Shown piece after piece: positions 22,701-34,675 of a stretch of 64,000 nt of DNA. The translations under genes and the position numbers were made by a program. Below the pieces are notes generated by a model. That model saw only the letters and a program-made list of their open reading frames with translations. It searched no databases and was not told where the DNA came from. Positions within the stretch are counted from its first letter, which is position 1. Each line of letters begins with the position of its first letter. This stretch comes from Paraspadella gotoi (Eukaryota; Animalia; Chaetognatha): the NCBI GenBank assembly GCA_051294375.1, contig CM119265.1:4725170-4789169 (forward strand), in the 5' to 3' direction.

Positions 22701-25700
22701 TTGCTTCTGTTTTCACTCTTCCAATTCAAGGTTTTTTTTCTCTCGTCTCTCTCCTTCATCTCTCTCTCTCTCTCTCTTCCTCTCTCGTCTCTCTTCTCTT
22801 CTCTCTCTCTCTCTCTTCTCTTCTTCTGCTCTTGTATGTTCCCTTGGATCATTCCACTCCTTTTAAAAAAAAGAAGGTGGTCCATAAAATTCACCCCCCA
22901 CTTTTTGAAAGGGGGTTTGTTCTAAGCCCCCTCAGTTTCAAGGGGGTGGGTCTCTCTATGTCTCTCTGAAAAGTGACGGAACTCGCGAGATTCGATACCC
23001 TGTGAAAACTATTCTTTTTTCTTTCACTGAGAAAAAGTTTGTTTTATCTCTCTCGCTCTCTATCTTTTTTGGGGTTCCTTGTTTTGTCTCTGTCTCAATA
23101 TATTTTGTTTTACTTTCTCCTGTTTCTTTCCGAATACAATATCCCTCTGAAAATAAGGAAAGAAATCCTCTTGATTCTCTCAGAAAGAAACGTTCAATAG
23201 TGAAAAGCGAAAAAGAAAAAAAAACAAGTCAATCAAAAAAAGAAATTAAAAATATAAACATAAAGAAAGATCAACGAAAAAGGGTTTCAAAGGTCTTAGT
23301 TCAACTTTTCTGTTCAAGTCACCGATGTTAGTTAATTTTAAATTCAGAGCTCCTTTGTTTGTTTTCGTTTTAATAAATCATCTTTTTTTTGTAAAAATAA
23401 CGATTGATGTGTATGAGAAAAAAAAAAAAAGAATTGAAAGAATTATTTAAAGATAGAGAAGCAACATAGATATAACGAGATTGAGAGCGAGAGGGAAGAA
23501 AATCGGAATAAAAAAACTCAACCGAGAAACGTTTTTCTTCATTCGAATTCATGAACACTAAAATATTCGTTCGGACAAATCGTAAATAATTTATTCTATT
23601 TACGGACTTTTACCTTGATGATAACAACTCGTAAACAAGCGAAATGTTCTTTGGGTTGTACGTCTGTACGTTTGCCATTTGTTCTACGTTTTTCTTTCTT
23701 TTCTTTCTCAGCCACACTTCACTACCATCGTCCGATCGCCAAAAAAAAAAAAAATTTTCTTCAGTATTTTTCAGATTCATTCAAAACCAAAATAAATTTT
23801 AAGCTCAAAGTTCGATTAATCTCGTTTTAGTTAAAGAAGCCTTAATTTATCTAATAAAAAAAAAATCATAATCTTTTTCACCTTTTTTTGTCACCATTAT
23901 TTTTTTTCCTTCTTCCTTCAACCCCTTCCTGTTTTTTTCCCCATTTTTTACTCCTTTGTCGAGCTAGTTAATGAATTAAGAATCATATCGGGCGGCAGGT
24001 GGCTATCCCCTTTAGAGTCAGCTTCGTCCCTTCGAAAAGAATCAAACGGTCGTCAATTGAGAACCAACTCGACTATAACTTTGGCATCCGATTCTCTTTT
24101 TAGTTTTTTTTCAAACAAAAAAAAGGTTTTTCTTTTCTCGTTTCCTTCGTCGCGCCATTGTTCTTTTGAGTTGTTTTTTTTTTTTTTGCTTGTTTCTCTT
24201 TGCCCGGAAACGTTTTGTCTCATGCGAGAGAGAAAAGACTCTGGGGGATCCTATTTTCTTTTCTTCTTATTTATTTCTCACAGTGTCTGTCAGATTTTTT
24301 TTTTTTTTTTTTTTTGCGGATCGCCCATCCGGAATTGGTATTTTCTTCTTTCTTTTTTGTTTTTTTTTTCATTCATTCTTTTTTTCTTTCTATTGTATAT
24401 ATCCTTCCATCTCTTTCGCCGCTTTACTTTTCTTTTTCATCTTATTAGATAACAACACAATTTTTTTTCTTTTCTAATACTCTGTTACAGATGTTATCTC
24501 GTCTTATCAGCGTCGACGTCAATTAAAATGTTTTTTTTTTTTCGTTTCGTCTTTTTCCCCGTTAGGCTAAGCTTTTTTTTTCTTATGAAAATGTTGAATC
24601 TTTCTCTCTCTCACTCTCCTGTTTTCTCTACTTCCTCCATTCTCTCTCTCCCTCCCTCTCTATATCGTCTTTATCTCATTCACGGGGCCATAACTGTTGC
24701 AGCTTTGTCCTCAGTTATTTAACTGAATGAACCCCCCGCTTTCTCTACCCCTCCGTTCTCTCCGCCCATTTAAATCCCCCCCTCCTTCACCCCCTAACCA
24801 TTTCCTTCCTTCCCGGTCTCATCAAATATGCAAAAAAAAAGAAAGAAAATTCTCGGGTCGAATCGCGCGGGAGCCGAGATCCACGATTGTTCTCCTCCAA
24901 CGTTTTTTTTTTTTTTTTTACTCTCAAATTTTGTCGTCGTCGTTGTCGAGGTATGACGTTGTTTGTTGTTGTAGTTACTAGCCGTCCCATTCAACTTCTT
25001 TGTTCAGTCCATCTCGATGGTGATTTAAATTTCCACAAAAATCATTCCGAATTGAAACATTTTCGGTTGGCTCGATTAACGAACTTTGAAATCCCCGTAT
25101 TTTCTTGGCTTCTCTTGTTCTCCGCCATGAATTCCCACCTTTTTTTTAAATTTTACATTTGCTTTCACCCTTTCTATGTGACAATTAAATATAAGTAAAA
25201 AAAACTAAACAAATAATGAACAAAAAAAATAGCGGACATGATCTGGAAAAAAAAGGGCCTGAACTGGGTAAATGGTGACAATAAAAAGCGGAAAAAAAAA
25301 ATTCGCTGTGAAAAATAAAACTCGTGAATCGAAAGAAGTGTGAACCCGAGAGTTTTCTTTTCTGCATTTTACTTTACTCTTTCCCCTTCTTTTCTTTTTC
25401 GCGCGTTCCTTATATTCTCTACTATCTTTGCGCTTTCTTGTCCAACGAGGAAAAAAAAACAAAATGCAAAACAAAAAAAAAAAGAGAAGAGTGCTGTCTG
25501 GCTCGCGCGTGAAAGGAAAACAAATAAAACAGAAGAGAAAACAAAACTGGACGAGAATGGAGAGAGAGAAAGAGGGAGAGAGATGAGAGGAGAGAGAGAG
25601 AGAGAGAGAAGACGTCAGCAACAAGGCTCGACCGTCTGAACAGTGTTCCTCGAGACTGGGAGAGAAAGATAGAGAAGAGGCCCTCTTGTTTTTCCATCAA

Positions 25701-25969
25701 GCTCTTCCCTCTTTTTTTTCTCTCTTCTCCCTTGCAAGTCGCGGAATCGAATTGCCTAAATTGCTGACTGCTCTGATCTGCTCTCTCTCTCTCTCTGTCT
25801 CTCTCTCTCTCTCCCTCTCTCTCTCTTCTCTCCTCCTCCTCTCTCTCTCTCTCTCTCTCTCATCACTCGCTTTCATCTCGCTCCCAAGAGGCCTCAGGGC
25901 TTCACGCCAAAGCAGACCTCGTCCTCAATTGTTGCTGTCAGAAAGACATTCTAATGGAACGACGTATTT

Positions 25970-26005
<36 letters not shown>

Positions 26006-27014
26006 ATCTCTCTCTTCTGGCTCCGAACCACGGTGCCACGTGCAGCCCATCCCCTTTTCGTGGTTGCCATGGCACCCATCGTACAAATTGATTCACCTGT
26101 GGTTCTCGATGAATTCACTCTGATGTCGTCGTCGTCATCGTCGTCGTATTCAACGCACGACATAATTTCCCTTTCGATCACCAATGACGTCATGTGATCT
26201 CACCTTTTTTTATTCGTTTTATTTCTTTCTCGGTTCCATCGCATCATTTTCCACTTCCGCAATTTTTTCCTGCATGACACGCCCCAACTCCACGATTTCA
26301 CCGCGCCATTTCCCGGTTCGCGATGCCATCGTCCGTTATGCGCCGATTAGAAGTGACGACGCCGTGGATGGGCGGGGAAAGGGGCGCGGAAGGGGGGGGG
26401 GCGAAAGAAACCGGCGTCGGCGGCGCGAGATAAGAATGTGGAACGAGTCCATTCTTCACCACGCGGTCGTTAGAGGACGCTTGCCGTTGTGCTTGGATCT
26501 CTGCTTGGGTCTCTGCTTGCCTTTCTTATTTAACATTCAGCTCGCCTTTGTACTGGTGTTTGAGTTTTAGCGGAAAATTAAGATTTTTAGCCTTGAAATA
26601 CTTTTTTGTAAATATTTTTTTTCTCCTATCTTCTCTTCTTTTCTTTCTCTCTATTCAAATCTTTTGTTTTCATTTCTCTCTCTCCCTCTCTATCCTTCCT
26701 TCTTATCATTATTAAGAGCGGAAAGAATAAACTTCGACAATTGTTTACTCTCTCACATTATTATTCGAATATTGTTGAAGAATATTTTTTTTCTAAAAAT
26801 ACATTCTTCTCTAGACCTTTCTTTTTTCCCTTTTTCTTTTTTTTTTTTCTTTTAAAATTATTATCGGAAAAAACTCTCGAAAATTTGAGGCCTCTCGAAA
26901 AACAAAAAAAATCGGTTAGAGTCCCTTGAAATCGCTGATAAAGCATGAAAGACTCGAGAGCCGTTTTTCTCTTCGTCTTGACAAACGATTATCATTGATT
27001 TCTGTGTAGTAGGA

Positions 27015-27074
<60 letters not shown>

Positions 27075-28352
27075 CCCCTCACTCACTCTCTCTCTCTCTC
27101 TGCCTTGTTTCCATAGGAGTGGATCTTTTAATACGTGTGTTATTCGTTGCTTTGGTTTATTGATTTCCAAGTTCCCGCCATTTTAGGCAAAAAATGAAGA
27201 CTTGTTACAATCTGGTCTTCGGTCTTTGAAATGGTGTAAAGTTCTCTCTCTTTTTCATCTTTTACCTCTCTCTCTTCTCTCTCGTCTTCTCTCTCCTCTC
27301 TCTCTCTCTCTCTGATGTACGAAATTAATGTTCGCGAAACCCTTCGCTCTGTCCCCCTCTCGCTTCCAAAGCCCAACGTTTCCGCGAGGAAATGATTCGC
27401 CTACCAGATTCCGGCCGAAGATTGGTTCTAACTGAAGAAGATTCCGCAGCGCGGTTTTCTTCTCGCTGGCGGCGGCCGGGGGTCGCCGGATGCTGGCGGA
27501 GTCGCGAGCGGCGCTCGTTATGGGGCGACGTGCGGGCATCCGGAGAGGAAGGGAAAGGGAGAAAGAAAAATGAGCCGGAAAAGGCGAGAGGGAAACGCGC
27601 CTCCGTCCACCGGAGAGAAAATGGCGAAGAAGAAGAAGAGAAAAAAAAAGGAAGGAAACCGTTTTTCTTTTTTATATTTTTTTTTCCCTTTCGGCGCCAT
27701 CGACGCCGACGGCGGCGTCCGCCTACATTGCGCCGGCGTCATTCTGCGCCATCTTCCCTCCGGAAACGACGCCCGGCGACGCCGATTGGCGACGTCATCG
27801 CGATCTTGCATCCTGTCGCTCGCACGCGCGACGCCTGGGGAGGGAGCGAGCGAAAGAGAGAAATATGACCTTTCCCGCCGCGAGATGGCGGTTATGTTGT
27901 CGTCTTCGTCGTCGTTCCCGCGCGTCTGTCTCCGTACCAGTCTCGTCTGTCAAAACCCAACTGTCATCGACTTTTGGTCTCCGTCTCTTCCTCGAAAACC
28001 CCTCGGCTCTCGGACGACGTTGATCCGCCCAAAACGGCGAGGTTCATCATCGTCCTCCGGGTTCTTTTCAGGGTCGCTTTACCCCGAGGGTAAGTCTGAG
28101 GCTCCTGAGACTCTCGCACGCCATCTGTTGTTGTTCCTAAACGTTTATGGATTTCGCAAGTTGGAAGATCTCGTATCCCACGTGGTTCTCGGATGTTGTT
28201 TTAACTGGTTGCGTATTTTACTGAATTGGCCACTAGCCAAAAAAAAAATGTTTATGGCCAATGACCCTCGAATGTTTTTACCGTTCTCTTGTTGTGATAA
28301 TAACCTAATGTTGAGGATGTAGCCTCACCTCTACTAATCTCGTCTACCTTAA

Positions 28353-29172
28353 GAAAAAGGGTCATTCAATTCAACTTCAACAATAGGCCAAAATGGAGTA
28401 CCAAATTCAGAAAGCTGAGCTCCCTGCGATTCCGAACAATGTATTCACTTTAAACATTGATGCATTCTACCCCATTTTATATCGTTTTAATTATAATATA
28501 AAATAAAAGAAACCTATCTGAAGAGTTTGCAGGTCAAACGAAAAGCCAATCCATCTGATATTTTTTATGAATTTTTTTATTACTGAATAAAAAAATGTAA
28601 TAGAGAGACATTTTTAAATTTCACTTGTATCCTTGAAAATGAAACGTTTTAAAACTTTAACCCTGATTCTTTCTAACTGGAACGCGTTTATCAAAATGTC
28701 TCTCTATTACATTTTTACAAATGTTTTTAAGATTGCTAATCAAATTTTTAATTCAATATTACTTGAAGTCGTCTAGGCTGCAACTCTTCAAATTCAGTGT
28801 AGATTCATTGTAGCTCGAGATTTCTTTACCATTCTATTTAACTGAAGATTTTGTTCATGACTGGAAACCAAGAGAGTACGAAAGATTAATTGTTTAATTC
28901 TCCCCTTCTAAAAACTAACCCATACCGTGTTTTAACTTCTTACCTATATTTTTTAACAAACAGATTGAAAACAAATCTTTAAAAAATGTGCTTACCCATT
29001 CAACTTAAAATTTTGTTATTTACCGATTTCAAAAAAAATATTTAAAACACAATGTTGACATATAAATGAAAACTTTTTTTTTGGTGACTTTACTGGTGAT
29101 AACGATGTAATTCTCGATGTATAGCTCTAATACATCAATGATTAGTATTGTTATGCTGAATGACCTTTCCTC
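28353..29172. mobile_element. Non-autonomous TIR DNA transposon (MITE-like), TTAA target-site duplication, Kolobok-like termini
   Basis: TTAA at 28349-28352 and 29173-29176. Left end GAAAAAGGGTCATTCA versus reverse complement of right end GAGGAAAGGTCATTCA. The sister copy has an empty site with a single TTAA (ctaccTTAActtact, 43703-43706). AT-rich, no ORF of 60 aa or more. Confidence 0.85.
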
Positions 29173-29732
29173 TTAACTTACTTTGTCAATTTTAGCTCAA
29201 CCTCGCTCTCTCAAAACAATGGGATTCTGTAATTTTGGGTTTTTAATCTCGGACAGAGTGACGGGTTAAATCCTCCCGGTTTGTGTACGAACAAGAGAAG
29301 GTGAAACGAAAGCCGATTTCAATCCTCGACATTTTCTTTGGCTTTTCTTCTTTCCTTTAATCGAGCCCTGTTTTCCCTTTATTTTCCTTTATTTTCCTTT
29401 TTTTCTTTTCCTTTGCTTTTTGTAGCTCGACGGAATCCGGAGTTTCGTCGAGTAAAATCTCATGATGTCGTTGATTTGTTGTCGTCGTTGAGAGAGATGA
29501 GAGAGAGAGAGAAGAGAGAGTCCCACGGCTTTTGTTTGTTTTCGCGTCCTCTTCCCTTCTCTCCCTTTTTTTTTGGAGGCCTCTCTCCTCTCCTTTCATT
29601 TCCGTCTAATTCTCTTTGTCTCTTTCTCTCTCTCCCCTGCTTGTAAAATACTGTACCTCGACTATATTTTATACTGAATCCATTCTCTCTCCGGTTTATT
29701 CGTCCCTCGTGGTGCCGCTTAAAATTTTTATT

Positions 29733-29802
<70 letters not shown>

Positions 29803-31470
29803 ATCATCGCTTCATTCACGGATCTCGTATGTCGCGAATACGGCCCTCCTGTTTTCTGTTTCTTCTTCGTTCATTATGTCGGAAATGGAAGAGGTTTGTG
29901 GGCGGAGATGAACCTTCATTCCAAACCTCAATTTCCTTATCTCTCTCTCTCTCTCTCTCTCTCCCTCTCTCTCTCCTCTCTTTCTCCTCTCTCCTCTTCT
30001 CTCTCTCGGGGTCGTCTCTCTTCGCTCTCGGGGGGCGCTTCTGGTTAAATCGCACGCCGAAAAAATCAGCTACCATAAGGTTTTTTTGTTTTCGTCTAAA
30101 ACTTTGCCGATTCGACGGTCGATTCCATCCTGGCATCCAGGTCGGCTTCGCCGGGACGGTCTCTACTTTCTCCGCCGCAGGCTCCTCTTTGTTTCCTAAA
30201 GGTCCCCCCCCGTCCTTACCGCGGTTTCCATCTTAATTTCCCGCCCTTGTTTGGACTCAAAACAAAAGGAAAACGAAAGAGAGAAAGAGGAAAACACTTT
30301 TCCCCCCTTTTTTCTCTTTTCAGATCGCAAAAGGTCGAAAACTGGATGAGATTTTTGACCGAAGGTGAAGGGTCAACGCCTAAGCCTACACTGCCTTCCG
30401 TCGCTAAAGGCCGTTAGTCGAAAGAGGCTTCGAGCACCATCATCGCTGTCGTCTCATCATCATCATCATTACCGCACCATCGTCCGTCCTTTATCTCCAA
30501 AGTGACTCCCTTCCCTCTCGATCCTCTTCTCCCTTTTCCCCAGGCGCTCTCTTTTTTTTTTTCCGATCTTTCAAAAATATAACGAAGGGCGAAATTAACA
30601 TAAGAATTTATCTCTCAAACCGTTTCCTGTTTTTTCCGAGCGAAGAGAAATGTATTCCAAAACAAAATGTAAACAACGGCGTCGTCATCGTCATTCGTTT
30701 TAGTAATTTCTCAAAGGGAAAGAACGAAAACATTTCTTCACCGAGTTATTATAGCTCCATTTCTCTTGTCAAAACAAGGCGCGAGTAAGGATAAAGATTA
30801 TATTCGAATAAAAAAAAAAAAACGTCTGTATTCTACAGTTAAACTCGTATAAAAAAAAATAGAACAAGGAACTAAGCTTAAACGTTCGATTATTTTTTTT
30901 TTATGACAATCCTAGATGTCGTTTCGGGAAGTTTCTCTTTTTCTTACCTTTGGAGTTTTGCAAAAGAGTAGAAGAAAAACTGGAGTGGGAAAAAGCAATA
31001 CGAAAGAGATGCGGTGTCAATTATTTAGAGATAGATATAAAATATAGCAATGTAAGAACATTAATGCTATAAAATATATTCAAGACCAAATCACTATAAT
31101 GACTTTTTATGACCGAATAACCTAACAATTAAATTCTCCCAAAAAGTTAAAACGATTGCATCACCGCATCCACATAAAAATTGCGACATATGTGTTCCCT
31201 CCGCGATTTTTTTGCTTCATGCGTTCGCGGAATAAAAGCGATAAATAATAAAAAGGCCATAAATCCTTTATTCTGTTTCCTTCCATTCACGCGATGACGT
31301 TCGGTTCCTTGGGTCTATTTTAACCCCAAGAGAACCCGGGCCGATGGCACCTCGGGGTATGGCGATGAAACCGGGTACGGTAGGGCTCTTGGGCGCTGAG
31401 TCCATGGGGGACGCTGGCGCCGTCGCGGTCAAAGTTGGACCCGGGNNNNNNNNNNNNNNNNNNNNNNNNN

Positions 31471-34400
31471 AAAAAAAGAACGAGGGTCCGTGTTGTGAGC
31501 GAAAAATACAATCGTTCACTCGAAAACGTCATCATTCATTCTTTCACACCTCTGAGGATTACGATTCGCCGCACACCAAAAAAAATGGGAAAACATTGCG
31601 AAGTTTCGTACTCACGAATAGGCTTCGGTATTAAAAGAAACCAAAGAAGAAAATGAGAAGTTGTGGTGTAGAAAATATGACGCAGTTGCGAGGCAACGCC
31701 GACTTCTCATCTCCTCCGAATGGCTTTCCCATCTCTTCTCGCGTCTCCTCTCCCACCTCCACACCCCCCATCGCTTTGCCCCATCGAGTTATGCGGTAGT
31801 GATAACTTTCGTCTCGCTCAAGAAAAAAAAAATTCCCCGGTTGTGTTTTCTTTTCTCAATTCGCGGAGCAGCGTCAAAAAATATCGAAGCTCGTCCCGAC
31901 GCGGGTGGCTCTTTCGACCTTTGGCGTCCGTGGCGTCTACGCCTGTTTCTCACTCCCCCTTCCTTCCCTTTTTCTCGTCCCTCTGCTCTTTCCTTTTTCC
32001 CCTTTCCTTTCTTCCCTCCTTCCTTTTTTTCTCACTCCCCCTTCCTTCCCTTTTTCTCGTCCCTCTCCCCTTTCCTTTTTCCCTTCCTTTCTTCCTTCCT
32101 TTCTTCCTTCCTTTTTTTTCACGACTCCCCCTCCTTCCTTTCTCGTCCCTCTCCCCTTTCCTTTTTCCCCTTTCCTTTCATCCCTCCTCCTTTTTTTCTC
32201 ACTCCCCTTCCTTCCCTTTTTCTCGTCCTCTGCTCTTTCCTTTTTCCCCCTTTCCTTTCTTCCCTCCTTCCTTTTTTTCTCACTCCCCCTTCCTTCCCTT
32301 TTTCTCGTCCCTCTGCCTTTCTTTTTCCCCTTCCTTTCTTCCTCCTTCTTTTTTTCTCACTCCCCCTTCCTTCCCTTTTTCTCGTCCCTCTGCTCTTCCT
32401 TTTCCCTTCCTTCTTCCTTCCTTCCTTTTTTTCTCACTCGCCAGCCCTCCCTTTTTCTTCGTCCCTCTTCCCTTTCCTCTTTTCCTTTTCCTTTCTTCCT
32501 TCCTTTCGTTCCTTCCTTTTTTTTGCTTCTGTTTTCACTCTTCCAATTCAAGGTTTTTTTTCTCTCTCTCTCTCCTCATCTCTCTCTCTCTCTCTCTTCC
32601 TCTCTCTCTCTCTTCTCTTCTCTCTCTCTCTCTCTTCTCTCTCTTCTGCTCTTGTATTTCCCTGTGATCATCACTCCTTTTAAAAAAAAGAAGGTGGTCC
32701 ATAAAATTCACCCCCCACTTTTTGAAAGGGGGTTGTTCCTAAGCCCCTCAGTTTCAAGGGGGTGGTCTCTCTATGTCTCTCGAAAAGTGAACGGAACTCG
32801 CGAGATCGATACCCTGGTGAAACTATTTTTTTTTCTTTCACTGAGAAAAAGTTTGTTTTCTCTCTCTCGCTCTCTATCTTTTTTGGGGTTCCTTGTTTGT
32901 CTCTGTCTCAATATATTTTGTTTTACTTTCTCCTGTTTTCTTTCCGAATAAATATCCCTCCTGAAAATAAGGAAAGAAATCCTCTTGATTCTCTCAAGAA
33001 AGAAACGTTCAATAGTGAAAAGCGAAAAAAGAAAAAAAAAACAAGTCAATCCAAAAAAAGAAGTTAAAATATAAACATAAAGAAAGATCAACGAAAAAGG
33101 GTTTCCAAAGGTCTTAGTTCAACTTTTCTGGTTCAAGTTTCACCGATGTTAGTTAATTTTAATTCAGAGGCTCCTTTGTTTGTTTTCGTTTTAATAAATC
33201 ATCTTTTTTTTTGTAAAAATAACGATTGATGTGATGAGAAAAAAAAAAAGAATTGAAAGAATTATTTAAAGATAGAGAAGCAACATAAGATATAACGAGA
33301 TTGAGAGCGAGAGGGAAGAAATCGGAATAAAAAAACTCAACCGAGAAACGTTTTCTTCATTTCGAATTCATGAACACTAAAATATTTCGTTCGGACAAAA
33401 TCGTAAATAATTTATTCTATTTACGACTTTTACCTTTGATACAACTCGTAAACAAGCGAAATGTTCTTGGGGTTGTACGTCTGTACGTTTGCCATTTGTT
33501 CTACGTTTTTCTTTCTTTTTCTTTCTCACGCACACATTCATCTACCATCGTCCGATCGCCAAAAAAAAAAAAAAAATTTTTCTTCAGTATTTTTCAGATT
33601 CATTCAAAACAAAATAAATTTTAAGCTCAAAGTTCGATTAATCTCGTTTTAGTTAAAGAAGCCTTAAATTTATCTAATAAAAAAAATCATAATCTTTTTC
33701 ACCTTTTTTGTCACCTTATTTTTTTTCTCTTCTTCCCTTCACCCTTCCTGTTTTTTTCCCCCCATTTTTTACTCCTTTGTCGAGCTAGTTAATGAATTAA
33801 ATCAATATCGGGCGGCAGGTGGCTATCCCCTTTAGAGACGCTTCGTCCCTTCGAAAAGAATCAAACGGTCCGTCATTTGAGAACCAACTCGACTATAAAC
33901 TTTGCATCCGATTCTCTTTTTTTAGTTTTTTTCAACAAAAAAAAAGGTTTTTCTTTTTCTCGTTTCCTTCGTCGCGCCATTGTTCTTTTTGAGTTGTTTT
34001 TTTTTTTTGCTTGTTTCTTTTTCGTGAAACGTTTTGTCTCATGCGAGAGAGAAAAAGAACTCTGGGGGATCCTATTTTCTTTTCTTCTTATTTATTTCTC
34101 ACAGTGTCTGTCAGATTTTTTTTTTTTTTTTTTNNNNNNNNNNNNNNNNNNNNNNNNNNNNNNNNNNNNNNNNNNNNNNNNNNNNNNNNNNNNNNNNNNN
34201 NNNNNNNNNNNNNNNNNNNNNNNNNNNNNNNNNNNNNNNNNNNNNNNNNNNNATCGCCCATCCGGAATTGGGTATTTCTTTCTTTCTTTTTGTTTTTTTT
34301 TTCATTCATTCTTTTTTTCTTTCTATTGTATATTATCCTTCCATCTCTCGCGCTTTCTTTTCTTTTTTCATCTTATTAGATAACAACACAATTTTTTTTC

Positions 34401-34675
34401 TTTTTCTAATTACTCTTGTTACAGATGTTATCTCGTCTCTAATCAGCGTCGACGTCAATTAAAATGTTTTTTTTTTTCGTTTCGTCTTTTCCTCCGTTAG
34501 GCTAAGCTTTTTTTTCTTATGAAAATGTTGAATCTTTCTCTCTCTCACTCTCCTGTTTTCTCTCCCTTCCTCCATTCTCTCTCTCCCTCCCTCTCTATCT
34601 CGTCTTTATCTCATTCACGGGGCGCATAACTGTTGCAGCCTTGTCCCTCAGTTATTTAACTGATGAACCCCCCCA
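31471..34675 (+). repeat. Extra partial copy of 21657-24737 (includes the minisatellite at ~31948-32524)
   Basis: Starts aaaaaaagaacgagggtccg (cf. ~21657 and ~37181) right after a 25-N gap and ends at gaacccccc (cf. ~24730-24737). Differs from copy 1 mainly by 1-bp indels. Confidence 0.92.

Larger units (their letters stand above)
18235..31445 (+). repeat. Large duplicated block, copy 1 (carries the TTAA element, lacks the TIR/LTR insertion)
   Basis: Collinear with 34691-50277 (e.g. cttgacaagagtcgcgtgccacc at 18235 and 34691; spurious ORFs with identical starts at 21837 and 37361, offset 15524). Ends at a 25-N gap (31446-31470). Confidence 0.92.

Noticed and set aside
21837-22969. 280-365 aa ORFs in three frames (also at 31661-32951 and 37361-38483)
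   Set aside because: Translations of a C/T-only minisatellite, which has almost no stop codons; F/S/P/L composition only.
27392-28322. 158-250 aa ORFs in a GC-rich block
   Set aside because: Multiple overlapping open frames on both strands reflect GC content; frames are not preserved in copy 2 (42835-43533); no recognisable domain.
29478-29498. gttgtcgtcgttgagagagat resembling the end of a PacBio SMRTbell adapter
   Set aside because: The same genomic context recurs at ~44012-44035 leading into a (GA)n tract, and the rest of the adapter is absent.
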